From assembly GCA_965248435.1 (NCBI GenBank), contig OZ252100.1, positions 2,080,001-2,144,000 of the forward strand: a stretch of 64,000 nt of DNA, written 5' to 3'. The stretch's first letter is position 1; each line of letters begins with the position of its first letter. The stretch is from Candidatus Latescibacterota bacterium (GTDB lineage Bacteria; Latescibacterota; UBA2968; GCA-2709665). Position numbers and translations under genes: made by a program. Shown here piece by piece: positions 53,183 through 63,640 of this stretch. Below the pieces are notes generated by a model. That model saw only the letters and a program-made list of their open reading frames with translations, did no database searches and was not told the origin of the DNA.

Positions 53183-53328
53183 TTGCGGATTTGGGATTTC
53201 GGATTTCGGATGGAAACTCAAGGTCCGCTTCTCAACAATCAATTCAACTTGAGATCACGATTCAGCGCTTTTGACCTTCATTCCGCAATCCCCAACCCGC
53301 AATCCGCAATTTCTTAGGAGTGTGTGAA

Positions 53329-54567
53329 ATGCAGTCTGCTTTCTCCGAGCATACACTGAAAAATGGCCTTCGTCTCGTCTTCGAATCCATCCCACGTATC
53401 CGATCTGCTGCAGTCGGCTTTTATGCCCATACCGGATCCCGGGACGAACCCGCCGACTGGTTGGGCGTTTCACATTTTCTTGAACACATGTGCTTCAAAG
53501 GAACAGCGAAAAGAGACTGGCGACAGCTTTCGGTGGACGTGGATGATCTGGGGGCCATGTGGAATGCCTACACGTGGTGGGAAGGCACGGCCTACTATCA
53601 TTGGGTTCAGAGCGACCGAGTCGTCGAATCCGTCGAGATTCTGAGCGATATGATGCGCTCCACGATTCCCGAGGAGGAGTTTAACGTGGAGAAGAAAGTG
53701 ATCTTGGAAGAGATCGCGATGTACAAGGATCGTCCGGATGCCCTCATCGTCGACGAACTGATAAACGACGTCTTCTCAGGTCACCCGCTCGGGCAGAGCG
53801 TGATCGGCACGGAGGAAACCGTTGGAAACCTGGCACGCGACCAGATGGCGGACTACTTCACGCGGCGCTACGCCTCAGACAACTTGACCTTTATCATCAC
53901 GGGCAGCTTCAACAAAGATGAAGTAATTCGTGTAATAGAACAAAACTGCGGTAAGTGGGAGTCCTTGGAGGCAACTCGGGAACAGCCCAAGCCCGGGTTT
54001 AAGAGGGGAACTCGGTGCATCAGACGGGACGAGGTCGCTCGAGAGCACATCGCCCTTGCGTTCCCTTCTCCGCCGGCGAATGACGACTGGGCGACCACCG
54101 CCGACTTACTCGCTTCCTATCTGGGGGCCGCATCGAACAGTCGGCTATACTGGTCGATCGTGGAAAAAGGTCTGGCCGACGAAGCCTCGGCAGATTATTT
54201 CGGTTTTAGTGACGCCGGGTTGTTCTACGTTTACATCTCGGTTGATCCAACAAAGGCCGGCCATGTCCTGGAGATCGTCCGGGAAGAGGTGGAGGCACTG
54301 AAGGAGGGTGTGGACCCAGAGGCCCTGGCCCGTGCGCGAACGAAGCAGGCCACGTCTCTCCTCTGCAGCGGGGAACACGGACTCCACAGATTCTCCCAAA
54401 TTGTGGGCGACCTGAGTACGAATACGCCTCCAAAGACTTTGGAAGAAGAATTGGCCGAAATCGATGCCGTGACACCTCAGCGCATCGCAGAATTCCTGGA
54501 GGCCTACCCTCTGGACGGCGAACCTGCCCTTGTCGCCGTAGGTCCGATGGGATCCCTGGACCAATAG
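53329..54567 (+). CDS. M16 family zinc peptidase, active subunit
   Basis: GSRDE, GVSHFLEHMCFKGT, NAYT, VILEEI. Confidence 0.92.
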   Translation: MQSAFSEHTLKNGLRLVFESIPRIRSAAVGFYAHTGSRDEPADWLGVSHFLEHMCFKGTAKRDWRQLSVDVDDLGAMWNAYTWWEGTAYYHWVQSDRVVESVEILSDMMRSTIPEEEFNVEKKVILEEIAMYKDRPDALIVDELINDVFSGHPLGQSVIGTEETVGNLARDQMADYFTRRYASDNLTFIITGSFNKDEVIRVIEQNCGKWESLEATREQPKPGFKRGTRCIRRDEVAREHIALAFPSPPANDDWATTADLLASYLGAASNSRLYWSIVEKGLADEASADYFGFSDAGLFYVYISVDPTKAGHVLEIVREEVEALKEGVDPEALARARTKQATSLLCSGEHGLHRFSQIVGDLSTNTPPKTLEEELAEIDAVTPQRIAEFLEAYPLDGEPALVAVGPMGSLDQ

Positions 54568-54589
54568 CCCCTTCGACCTGCACCAGACA

Positions 54590-54622
54590 AAAAAATTACG
54601 CCCCCGCTTCGGAGGCGCAATC
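54590..54622. terminator. Hairpin terminator between convergent genes
   Basis: A-tract + ATTACGCCCCCG-CTT-CGGAGGCGCAAT. Confidence 0.45.
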
Positions 54623-54654
54623 AAGCAAATAAAATTCCTCAAAGAAACACCCTC

Positions 54655-55930
54655 TTACCCAGACGATTCCTCCAAAATCACCCTCCCACTCTCCTGCGTC
54701 TCTAACTGGGATGGGTAGGGTTCCAGAACCGATTCCACAGTCCGGGTCTTCTCGAAGAAGGACAGCACCCGGGTTAACACCCCATCAACGATCGCATCGG
54801 GACACGATGCCCCGCAAGTGAGTACCACGCTCAAAGGCCGCTTTTCCGGAAGCCAGCCTTCCGTCGGCGTGACTTGACGCGTCTCCAGAACAAAGTGACG
54901 AATCTGGTCCGGGTTAATTTCGTCCGCATTCTTAATGAAGTAGGTGGGCATCGCGTCCTCGCATAGCTCTACAATGTGCGAGGTGTTGGAAGAATTATAA
55001 CCTCCCACGACAAGCGCGAGGTCGGCGCCGTGATCGATGAGTGCATAGGTTGCGTTTTGATTCTCGTTCGTGGCATAACAGAGCGTATCTGAGGTGTCCG
55101 CGAAGTGGTTTTTGATATTCGCCTCACCATAACGATCTTTGAGGGCTTCCCGAATCACGCGAGCAATCTCCCGCGTCTCTGACGCAAGCATGGTCGTCTG
55201 ATTCACGACGCCGATCCGCTCCAGATCCCTGTCGGGATCGAAGCCTGCAGAACAGTACTCCTCGAACAGCTCAAAGAAGTCATCGCGAGACAGTTTTTTT
55301 CTGATGACATCCGCGAGACGATTCGCCTCATCTAAATTCAGTACAATAACTGTCGGAGCGCTTCTGATACTGTGCGAAAACGTGGCTCGGGTCTCTTCGT
55401 GCACGGCCTTCCCGTGGACCACGACGGTGTATCCCTCTTGACCCAGGTCGGCGCTCCGATTCCAGACCTTCTCCACGAAGGGACAGGTCGTATTATATGT
55501 ATAGGGATCGATGCCTCGGTCCGACAATTCCTGTTGGATTTCAAGTGTCGTGCCGAACGCCGGAACGACCACGATATCTTCGGACTGGAGCTTGTCCCAG
55601 GAAATGAGTTGCTCCCCAGTGGGCGTAAAAATGAACCGGACGCCCCGCCCAGTCAGATCCGCGTTCACGTCAGGATTGTGAATCATCTCACTCAGGAAGA
55701 ATATCCGGTGCTTCGGATATTCTTCGAGGGTCTTGTAGGCAATCTCTATGGCATTCTCCACCCCGAAACAAAACCCGAAATGGCGCGCAAGAATAAATCT
55801 CACGGGACCAAAATCGATCACTGACGGCGACAGGTCTCGTTTCTTGGTATCCTGCGTCTGTCTGGCCTTTTTCACCCGGGAAATGATTGGACTTTTGTAG
55901 AATTCCGGAATATCGAACTGTCGGGCCATC
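54655..55930 (-). CDS. ispH: 4-hydroxy-3-methylbut-2-enyl diphosphate reductase (long form)
   Basis: FGFCFGV, IHNP.V, TCPFV, H.ET, NQTT, TLCYAT..NQ, NSSNT, GASCP. Confidence 0.95.
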
Positions 55931-55933
55931 GAC

Positions 55934-56371
55934 TCAAGTACCCCCTGTACTTCCGAATCCACCTCGGCTCTTCTCACTCAACGCTTGGGACTCTTCCCAC
56001 TCTACCTTGTCCACACGCACCAGAATCCCCTGAGCGATGCGCTCCCCTTTTTCCACGTCTACCGGCTGCTTGGAAAAGTTGTAGACCTGTACCTGAATCT
56101 CGTCCTCAGGCCCGCAGTAGTCCTGGTCAACAATCCCAACACCGTTCGGAATCATCAGCCCTTTTCGAAGGGGCAGACTACTGCGCGCCGCAATCATCAA
56201 CATGTACCCGGGCGGAACGGCGACGACAACGTTGGCGGGGACCAGGCGGATCTCGGCAGGGTGCACGGTGATGCGCTCTCGGGAGAGCAGGTCGAACCCG
56301 ACCGAACCTGGAGTCTCGTGCCGCGGAAGCGGGAGAGACGGATCGATCCGCCTAACGCGAACTTTTAACGT
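55934..56371 (-). CDS. dut: dUTP diphosphatase; N-terminus lacks a canonical start codon
   Basis: GSVGFDL, ARSS, GIVDQDY.G, GERIAQ, RGGFGSTG; frame open upstream of the GTG at 56266. Confidence 0.9.
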   Translation of the reverse strand, partial: TLKVRVRRIDPSLPLPRHETPGSVGFDLLSRERITVHPAEIRLVPANVVVAVPPGYMLMIAARSSLPLRKGLMIPNGVGIVDQDYCGPEDEIQVQVYNFSKQPVDVEKGERIAQGILVRVDKVEWEESQALSEKSRGGFGSTGGT

Positions 56372-56745
56372 GGTATCACCCAGGTCAATTGCCTTTCGCT
56401 ATAACACCAATCAGCCGGTTGGTCCTCGATTGGCGCTTGACGATCAACGATGCCAAATCTACGGACCCGGTACCCGTGTTTTGATTTCCCGCAATCCGGT
56501 CTTTGCGCGATCTTAAGTTTAGTAGGGACGTTCACACCTGTCAACCGCTTTCCCGATACTTGGCTTTCGAGTCTGCCGTCTGCGGTCTCTGATGCGAGAT
56601 TTTTCTTGTCTTTAGGTCGGGTTCTCATCTAACTTTTCGAGATTTGCTTTGCGGTTAGCATTCCAGAAGTTGATGACACGATCCACGAAAGACGAATCGG
56701 TCGTGTCCCACAGGACGCGACCTGAGACGAACGACGAGGTTCTAA

Positions 56746-57789
56746 ATGCCGACCCTTTCCCATACCTCCCTCCGCCGGCTCGGCTATGCGATTTTTGAGG
56801 CCGCCGGTTTACCTGCCGACCAGGCGAGGATTGTCACAGACCATCTCGTAGATGCCAACCTCACAGGGCACGATTCCCACGGCGTAATTCGGATACCTTT
56901 CTACACCCGCGACCTGCGAAGCGGGGCGATTCGGTCCGTCGAGAATCTCAAAGTCGTTCGAGAAACACCCGCCTCCGCGGTCATCGACGGAGATCTCGGC
57001 ATGGGGATCGTCCTCGCGCAAAGGGCGATGCAGGCGGCCGTCGACCGTGCGCTTAAGCACACCTTCGGTGCGGTTGCGGTTCATCGTGCCGGCCACATCG
57101 GAAGGCTGGGAGATTTCCCGCCACAGGCGGCGGAACGAGGCTGCATCGGAATCTTGATTCTGAACGGCGGGAGCCGCTTTACCGTACCCTTCGGGGGCAC
57201 GGCACCCCGTCTCCCACCCAACCCAATCGCGATAAGCGTGCCGTCAAACGACGGGTTCCCCTGGGTGTTGGACATGACCACCAGCGTCACCGCGGGCGGG
57301 AAGATAGACCTTTTCAGCGTTCGGAATCAGCCAATTCCCGAAGGCTGGCTGATCGATCCTGAAGGTCATCCCGTTACAGATCCAGATCTCTTCCGTAGAG
57401 GCAAAGCCTTCATGCTTCCGCTGGGCGGTCACAAGGGCTACGGCCTCTCCGTAATGATCGATGCCATCGCCGGGGCCCTTTCCTGGGCCGGATGCAGCTG
57501 CGAGCAGCCCACGAGGGGCGGAAGCGGATTCCTGGCGCTTGCGATCAAGATCGAAAGCTTTATCGACTTGGAAGATTATAGAGGGGAGGTCCAGAACATG
57601 GCGGAATGGATCAGATCTTCTCCCACACAGGCCGGCGTGGAAAAGATCTATTTGCCGGGGGAAGTTGAGGAGGAGACCCGAGGGAAGAGAGAGATAGAAG
57701 GAATCGCCCTGGAAACGCCGACCTGGCTCGAAATCGGAAAAGTGGCAGAGGAACTAGGGGTCAACCCGGAGGAATTTTCGGAAGCTTGA
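56746..57789 (+). CDS. Ldh_2 family oxidoreductase
   Basis: ANLTGHDSHG, H.GRLG, NPI, LDM.TS, GGHKGYGL, LPGE. Confidence 0.9.
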   Translation: MPTLSHTSLRRLGYAIFEAAGLPADQARIVTDHLVDANLTGHDSHGVIRIPFYTRDLRSGAIRSVENLKVVRETPASAVIDGDLGMGIVLAQRAMQAAVDRALKHTFGAVAVHRAGHIGRLGDFPPQAAERGCIGILILNGGSRFTVPFGGTAPRLPPNPIAISVPSNDGFPWVLDMTTSVTAGGKIDLFSVRNQPIPEGWLIDPEGHPVTDPDLFRRGKAFMLPLGGHKGYGLSVMIDAIAGALSWAGCSCEQPTRGGSGFLALAIKIESFIDLEDYRGEVQNMAEWIRSSPTQAGVEKIYLPGEVEEETRGKREIEGIALETPTWLEIGKVAEELGVNPEEFSEA

Positions 57790-57851
57790 AATGTGTGATC
57801 CGCGCGGCACCTTTTATCGCGAGCTTTCCGGCTGGCTAACAGCCCTCGTGC

Positions 57852-58076
57852 TCATTCACCGGTGATCTGTGCCGATATAGAAGGATAGATCTTCCGGAGT
57901 TTCACGGGTCTTTTTCGGCTGAAGAGTAGCAGCACGCAGGCCAGAGCAAGACCGCCCAGCAGGGCCCCGGCAAGGAACCATGGTTCGGCCTTCTGCTTCG
58001 CCCCGAAGGCCACCGAGGCGCAGAGAATGCCGATCACAAGGTGTGAGCAAACCATACTTAGAGGCACCCATTCCAT
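57852..58076 (-). CDS. Small membrane protein
   Basis: Two hydrophobic segments, WF..G.LLG pattern, AGGAAG RBS. Confidence 0.55.
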   Translation of the reverse strand: MEWVPLSMVCSHLVIGILCASVAFGAKQKAEPWFLAGALLGGLALACVLLLFSRKRPVKLRKIYPSISAQITGE

Positions 58077-58350
58077 CTTCCTGACCCTGTGCTTGGATTT
58101 TGGCCAACATAGTACTACTTATTATAGGTATCGGCAGAAATCCTTATTCCTTTAGCCCGGGATGGCCTTGCCTGGAGCAGATTTGACCCGACACTCGCAC
58201 GTTCCGGGCAAACTCAATTGCGCTGGATTTCATTGAATTTTGATGCTATTATTCTTTATATTCTTTCGAGATTTTTCCGAATCGTTAGGTATCTAAAGCT
58301 CACATTCCGCTCCGTCAGGGGATAGGGCGCATCGAGAACACGCCTCAGCC

Positions 58351-59598
58351 ATGCGATTGATCAACATAGATAAGCTTGAAGAAGGGATGGAGGCTGGAGA
58401 CGCCCTCTACGACGAGCACAATCGCATGCTGCTCGCCCGCGGGGCCTCTATTAAGGGAGCCTATGTAAAGCGGCTCAAGCAGATCGGCCTGCCGGCACTC
58501 TATGTCCAGGATGCGGATACGGCAGACATCACAGTACCCCAGACAGTTCCTCCCGCGCTCCGCATAAAGGCCGTCAAGAACCTCACAGAAAACTTCGACG
58601 CGATCTCCAAGGCCACGGACGAGTTCCGGAAGCTCTCGATCGAAGAAGCACACAACAACATCCAGTCCAAGAAATTCCTAGACACGTTCAAGTCCCTCAC
58701 ACGCAACAAGGGGATCGATCAGCTTGTCGGAGACGTGGGCAGCCTCATCGACCCGTTGATGGGCAAGGACGTGGTACTGGGTCTTAACTCGATCAAGACG
58801 CACGATGGGTATACTTTCCAACATTCCCTGGATGTCACCATTATGGGCCTCCTGCTGGCGAAAAAGCTCGGATGGGATGAGCAGCGGCTCCAGGACTTCG
58901 GGGTAGGCTGCCTCCTGCACGACATGGGGAAAATCTTTATCGATCCAGAGATTTTGAACAAACCCGCAAGGCTTTCGGAGGAGGAGTTCGATCGGATGAA
59001 GGCCCACCCGACACTGGGCTACGAGCTCGTAAAGACCATCGCTCCGACCATCAGCTACCTTATCCCCCACGTCGCCTTTCAGCACCACGAACGTCAGAAT
59101 GGGACCGGATATCCCAGAGGCATCGAGGGCGACAATACCCTGGGAGAGAACAAGGCGAATATGATTCACGACTTCGGAGCCGTAGCCGCGGTAGCAGACA
59201 TCTATGACGCGACGGCTTCAGACCGCCCCTACAGGCCGGGATGGCCGCCCGACAAGGTGGTCGGCCTGATCCGAGACCTGTCTGAAACCCAGCTGAACAG
59301 CAAGGTCGTCGACATTTTCCTCAAAACCGTTGCGCCCTATCCCATTGCCACTTCGGTCAGGATTCTGAACGGGACATATGAAGGCCATGAAGCGGTCGTG
59401 GCCGATATAGACGAAAAGTTCTTGGACCGTCCCAAGGTCCGTATACTGTTCGACAGCGAAGGTGTACGGATCGATGCCGTGGAGATCGATCTCAAGGTCG
59501 AGGAGGACATCATGGTTGAGTCGGTCCGGAGCGGCGTGCCGGAGATGGAGCCTCTGGGGAGTTCAAAGGCCGTTGTCGAAGTCGGGAGCAACGACTGA
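58351..59598 (+). CDS. HD-GYP domain phosphodiesterase
   Basis: YTFQHS, LHDMGK, HHER.NGTGYP, ADIYDA...DRPYR. Confidence 0.92.
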   Translation: MRLINIDKLEEGMEAGDALYDEHNRMLLARGASIKGAYVKRLKQIGLPALYVQDADTADITVPQTVPPALRIKAVKNLTENFDAISKATDEFRKLSIEEAHNNIQSKKFLDTFKSLTRNKGIDQLVGDVGSLIDPLMGKDVVLGLNSIKTHDGYTFQHSLDVTIMGLLLAKKLGWDEQRLQDFGVGCLLHDMGKIFIDPEILNKPARLSEEEFDRMKAHPTLGYELVKTIAPTISYLIPHVAFQHHERQNGTGYPRGIEGDNTLGENKANMIHDFGAVAAVADIYDATASDRPYRPGWPPDKVVGLIRDLSETQLNSKVVDIFLKTVAPYPIATSVRILNGTYEGHEAVVADIDEKFLDRPKVRILFDSEGVRIDAVEIDLKVEEDIMVESVRSGVPEMEPLGSSKAVVEVGSND

Positions 59599-59616
59599 TC
59601 ATCCAGGAGAGTTGAC

Positions 59617-59991
59617 GTGGCGCGAATCATGGTCGTTGACGACGAACAGCAAGTACGCGTAGCCCTGCGCAAGTTTCTGGAACACTCAGGGCACGAGGTC
59701 GTCGAGGCCGCCGACAGTGAAGAATCTATTACGCTCTTTAATGAACATCCTCAGGACCTCGTCATCACAGACCTCTTCATGCCCAAAAAGGGGGGGGTCG
59801 AAGTCGTCAGGCAACTCAAGCGAACGAATCCCGATCTCAAGATCATCGTCATCTCCGCCTACGGTATTCGGGACGAACTCGACCTCGGCTCACTGGCAGT
59901 GCAACTCGGCGCGGACTGCGCATTTGAGAAGCCGATGGATCTAAACGAACTCCGGAAAAAGATAGACGAGCTCCTTTCTGAAGCACAATAA
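59617..59991 (+). CDS. Single-domain response regulator (CheY-like)
   Basis: VVDDE, DLVITDLFMP, ISA, KP. Confidence 0.92.
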   Translation: MARIMVVDDEQQVRVALRKFLEHSGHEVVEAADSEESITLFNEHPQDLVITDLFMPKKGGVEVVRQLKRTNPDLKIIVISAYGIRDELDLGSLAVQLGADCAFEKPMDLNELRKKIDELLSEAQ

Positions 59992-60024
59992 GGCCACCAC
60001 CAATCCGTCTTTTTTTGAAAGCGC

Positions 60025-60053
60025 TTGACATCACTTTGGCATTGTCGTAAACT
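60025..60053 (+). promoter_or_regulatory. Sigma70-type promoter
   Basis: TTGACA-17 nt-TAAACT. Confidence 0.65.
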
Positions 60054-60133
60054 GATTTTTAGTGATTTCTTTAGGCTAGAAAGATCACGATTCGCCTGAA
60101 AATAAAGAGCTTATAGTCTTGGGGTCTGAATCC

Positions 60134-60886
60134 ATGGGAAAAGACGCAGAGCAAAAAAAGGATATCCAAAATCTATTGGAAGACTGGCCTTATGACTCTG
60201 AAAAACTCTGCGTCCGAAAGATTCGGGGGAAGGACGGGAAAAAGAAAATTCAACTTCGCATTGAAATGGGCGTTCTGCAGATGGAGATAACCGGCCGCCC
60301 CGATGGCAAGCGTCCGAACGGCCACGCCTCCCTACTTGATTTTTATAAGGCCGAGGCAAAAAAGGAATCCAACTTTTCACTCGATAGTGAGACCTGTATC
60401 GCGCTTCAGATGGAAGCGCTTCAATATTATCACCGAAGAATCAGTTTCCTGGAACTGGGCGAGTACGATAAGGCCCGAAAGGATGCTGAGCGAAACCTGG
60501 AGCTCTTCGACTGCGTCAAACAATATGCCTCCGAAGAGGAAGATCGAATGGCCCTGGAGCAATATCGGCCATTCGTCATTGGTCATCGCATCAGAGCCTC
60601 GGTACTGCAGAGCCTGGAGGATGGTGCCCACGACAGAGCCCTGGTTGATATAGAAGATGGAATTGAAGAGATTCAGAAATTTTTCAAGGAATTTGATCGT
60701 CCCGACCTGGTTGAAGAGAGCGAGGAGATCACTTTTCTGAAGGAGTGGGCAACTGAGATCAGGAAGGACCGCCCAAAGTCCTTGCTCCAGGATCTTAAGG
60801 ATCAACTGCGCGAAGCCGTAGCATTAGAAGACTTCGAGCGCGCTGCCGAACTTCGGGATCGCCTCGGTACCCTCCCTGGAAATTAG
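60134..60886 (+). CDS. UvrB/UvrC (UVR) motif-containing protein
   Basis: Q.R..MGVLQME..GRPDG.RP; C-terminal L..AV..EDFERAAELRD. Confidence 0.85.
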   Translation: MGKDAEQKKDIQNLLEDWPYDSEKLCVRKIRGKDGKKKIQLRIEMGVLQMEITGRPDGKRPNGHASLLDFYKAEAKKESNFSLDSETCIALQMEALQYYHRRISFLELGEYDKARKDAERNLELFDCVKQYASEEEDRMALEQYRPFVIGHRIRASVLQSLEDGAHDRALVDIEDGIEEIQKFFKEFDRPDLVEESEEITFLKEWATEIRKDRPKSLLQDLKDQLREAVALEDFERAAELRDRLGTLPGN

Positions 60887-60900
60887 ATTCCACAGACACG

Positions 60901-62202
60901 ATGAACCAGCTTGAAGAAATTGCGCCGACAGCGGAAAGTGCGATCCTCGTGGGTCTCCGCCTTCCTGGAATGTCCCGTTTCGAAGTGCAGGAGACCATGA
61001 ACGAGCTCGCGCTATTGGCCGATACGGCGGAGGCAAAGGTCGTTGATCGAGTTGTGCAGGAACGCAAGAGCGTCGACCACACCTCTTTTATCGGTCGTGG
61101 GAAGGCAGAAGAACTGGCAGCTCGGACGAAAGAGCTGGGGGCCGAGCTCCTCATCTTCGACGATGATCTATCGCCCGCGCAGGTCCGGGTACTGGAGGAT
61201 TTGACGGGTGTCAAGATCATCGACAGAAGTCGACTGATCCTGGACATCTTCGCCAAACGTGCAAGGACGCGAGAATCCCAGACCCAGGTGGAACTTGCAC
61301 AACTGAACTACCTGCTTCCCCGTCTCACCCGCCAGTGGACTCACCTCTCTCGTCAGCAGGCCGGTCACGGCGGGGCAACGGGTGGTATTGGGACCCGAGG
61401 TCCCGGAGAGACACAGCTCGAAGTCGACCGTAGGGCGATCCGGAGCCGTATCGGTACTCTGAAGAAGGCGCTGGATCGAATTCGCCGCCAGCGCGAGGTC
61501 GGCCGAAAGAGCCGGATTCACGAAACGTGTGTTGCGCTCGTTGGCTACACAAATGCCGGAAAATCGACCTTGTTACGCGCCCTATCGGGCGCCGATGTCC
61601 TCATCGAAGACCGGCTCTTCGCCACGCTCGACTCAACGACACGAAGCATTGCAGTCGGATACAATCGAGAGATTCTCCTGACAGACACCGTCGGATTTAT
61701 TCGAAAACTCCCACATCACCTCATTGCCTCGTTCAGAAGCACGCTGGAAGAAGCGCTGCAGGCGGACCTGCTTTTGCACGTCGTCGACGCGAGCCATCCT
61801 GCCTGTGAAGACCAGATCGCGGCCGTTTTCGAGACGCTTGAAGAACTGGGAATATCAGAGAATCCAACTCTCATGGTCTTCAACAAGACGGACCAGTTTG
61901 AAGACAGGGCAAAGGAGACAGACCTGAGGAGTGCGTATCCGAACAGTGTCTGGATTTCTGCCCTCACAGGTCAGGGTCTTGCCGATCTTAAGCGGGCCAT
62001 CTACGATTGGCTCGGAAGCGAACGAGTAACCCTGAGTCTCCGCATCCCGCAGGCCGAGGGGAAACTCCTTTCAGAACTCCATCGACTCGGCGAGGTCCTG
62101 AGTACACGATATTCCGACAACGACGTCCTCATCCGCGTCACGCTCAGGGCCCCGGATGCACGTTCCCTCCTGCCTGACGGTCGCTACCAAATCACCTCTT
62201 GA
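60901..62202 (+). CDS. hflX: GTPase HflX
   Basis: IG.GK, LILDIFA.RA, GPGETQLE.DRR, GYTNAGKST, LFATLD, DTVGFI, NK.D. Confidence 0.97.
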   Translation: MNQLEEIAPTAESAILVGLRLPGMSRFEVQETMNELALLADTAEAKVVDRVVQERKSVDHTSFIGRGKAEELAARTKELGAELLIFDDDLSPAQVRVLEDLTGVKIIDRSRLILDIFAKRARTRESQTQVELAQLNYLLPRLTRQWTHLSRQQAGHGGATGGIGTRGPGETQLEVDRRAIRSRIGTLKKALDRIRRQREVGRKSRIHETCVALVGYTNAGKSTLLRALSGADVLIEDRLFATLDSTTRSIAVGYNREILLTDTVGFIRKLPHHLIASFRSTLEEALQADLLLHVVDASHPACEDQIAAVFETLEELGISENPTLMVFNKTDQFEDRAKETDLRSAYPNSVWISALTGQGLADLKRAIYDWLGSERVTLSLRIPQAEGKLLSELHRLGEVLSTRYSDNDVLIRVTLRAPDARSLLPDGRYQITS

Positions 62203-62216
62203 TGCGGTAAAAGACA

Positions 62217-62247
62217 AGCGCGCCCGAGATCACCCCAGGGCGCGCTT
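62217..62247. terminator. Hairpin between convergent hflX and bactofilin genes
   Basis: AAGCGCGCCC...GGGCGCGCTT. Confidence 0.55.
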
Positions 62248-62300
62248 TCGCTTTACTTTCAGCAACAACGCATCCTCTCCTTTTTGGAAGGACGCGGTTC

Positions 62301-62690
62301 CTATTCCTGCAAAGTTCTTTCGACTTCCCGATCTGTCTCGATCGAAGGATCAGATTCACCCAGGAACCCGCTCATGGCCGCCCCTTCTTCAATCACCAGC
62401 AACTTCGCCTTGATGTCTCCAACCAGAACGGCGCTCGATTCGAGTTTGACCTGATCCGCTTCCAGGTTACCCTCCAGCCTGCCCGCAATCACGGCAGCCT
62501 TCGCCTTTATGCGCTCTGCCGCTACCACGCCGGACGGACTGACTTCCAACGTCCCCGAGGACGTCAGCCGGCCAACGAGTGACCCATCCACGCGAATATT
62601 CTCTCGAACCTGAATGTTCCCTTCCAGGACCGAGCCTTCTCCGACGATGGTGTTCAGAGTGTCCTTCCTCGAACCATTCATCCCGGCCAT
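62301..62690 (-). CDS. Bactofilin (polymer-forming cytoskeletal protein)
   Basis: TIVGEG..LEGNI...IRVDG...G.L, I.G..EGN, GDI....LVIEEGA. Confidence 0.9.
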   Translation of the reverse strand: MAGMNGSRKDTLNTIVGEGSVLEGNIQVRENIRVDGSLVGRLTSSGTLEVSPSGVVAAERIKAKAAVIAGRLEGNLEADQVKLESSAVLVGDIKAKLLVIEEGAAMSGFLGESDPSIETDREVERTLQE

Positions 62691-62725
62691 CTTAATCTCC
62701 GCGCCTCAATCGATGGACAAACGCA

Positions 62726-63556
62726 CTACTCAGGCAAGAAATACCTCGGATCGCGTTGGTTCCCCCCCTCCATCACCTCATAGTGAAGGTGAGGCCCACT
62801 GCTTCGACCCGAGCTGCCTACCAGGGCAATAGGTTGCCCCTTTCGAACCTCCTCGCCTTCCAGAACCAAAGTCGATGAATTGTGACCATACCGGGTCATA
62901 AAGGCGCCAAAATGGTCGATCGATACCACCTGCCCAAGGACCTCATCCAGTCCCACAAAGACAACCTCGCCGTCCGCAGTTGCCTTTATGACCGTACCCT
63001 CGGGGGCAGCGACATCAACGCCCAAATGCTTGTTCTGAAGAACGCCCGAGCGGTCTACGAACTCGGCGGTTACCCATCCAACAGATCTGGAAACTGGCCA
63101 GATAGAGGGAATCCACCGTGGATCGACCTCCCCACGAAGTCTGGAACCGCCACGTCCTGACACCGTGGTGATCTGGCCGGTTGCCTCCGTGCCGCTCATG
63201 GTCCGCGGCGAAAATGGAACTGTGTAGGCCGCGGAACTGAACGTTACTTTGGAGGACAACATGTCGCGCAATTGCTGATCCACCCGCTTCATTCGCGTAA
63301 CAACCTGAGCCAGTTCCTCTACACGTTCCACATCCTCCCGCATCCGACCATTCTCTCGCTGCAGGCTTCTCGCAAGTCTTTCCCAGTCCTGTGCCCTCCA
63401 GTAGAAGGTTCCGCCAATTACCACAAGCCCAAGGAGGAGACAAAGAACAACAAGAAGCGCCCAGGGGAGCCAGTAAACCACCTTGAATTCCAGCGTGCGC
63501 GAACCGTCGTCAGGAATGACTAAGACAGAGAGCTGCTTTCGGGGTCTTTTGGCCAA
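62726..63556 (-). CDS. M23 family metallopeptidase, membrane anchored
   Basis: TM segment, coiled coil, PSIWPV, HLGVD, YGH, GRSSGPHLHYE. Confidence 0.92.
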   Translation of the reverse strand: MAKRPRKQLSVLVIPDDGSRTLEFKVVYWLPWALLVVLCLLLGLVVIGGTFYWRAQDWERLARSLQRENGRMREDVERVEELAQVVTRMKRVDQQLRDMLSSKVTFSSAAYTVPFSPRTMSGTEATGQITTVSGRGGSRLRGEVDPRWIPSIWPVSRSVGWVTAEFVDRSGVLQNKHLGVDVAAPEGTVIKATADGEVVFVGLDEVLGQVVSIDHFGAFMTRYGHNSSTLVLEGEEVRKGQPIALVGSSGRSSGPHLHYEVMEGGNQRDPRYFLPE

Positions 63557-63598
63557 TTCGTTTGAACTCCTAAGTGCTTCAGATCTAAAGGGCTACGA

Positions 63599-63627
63599 AA
63601 TATAAATGACGCAATCCCGGAAGTCAA
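63599..63627 (-). promoter_or_regulatory. Promoter for M23-bactofilin genes
   Basis: TTGACT-17 nt-TATATT. Confidence 0.6.
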
Positions 63628-63640
63628 CTCCCTGCAGAGC

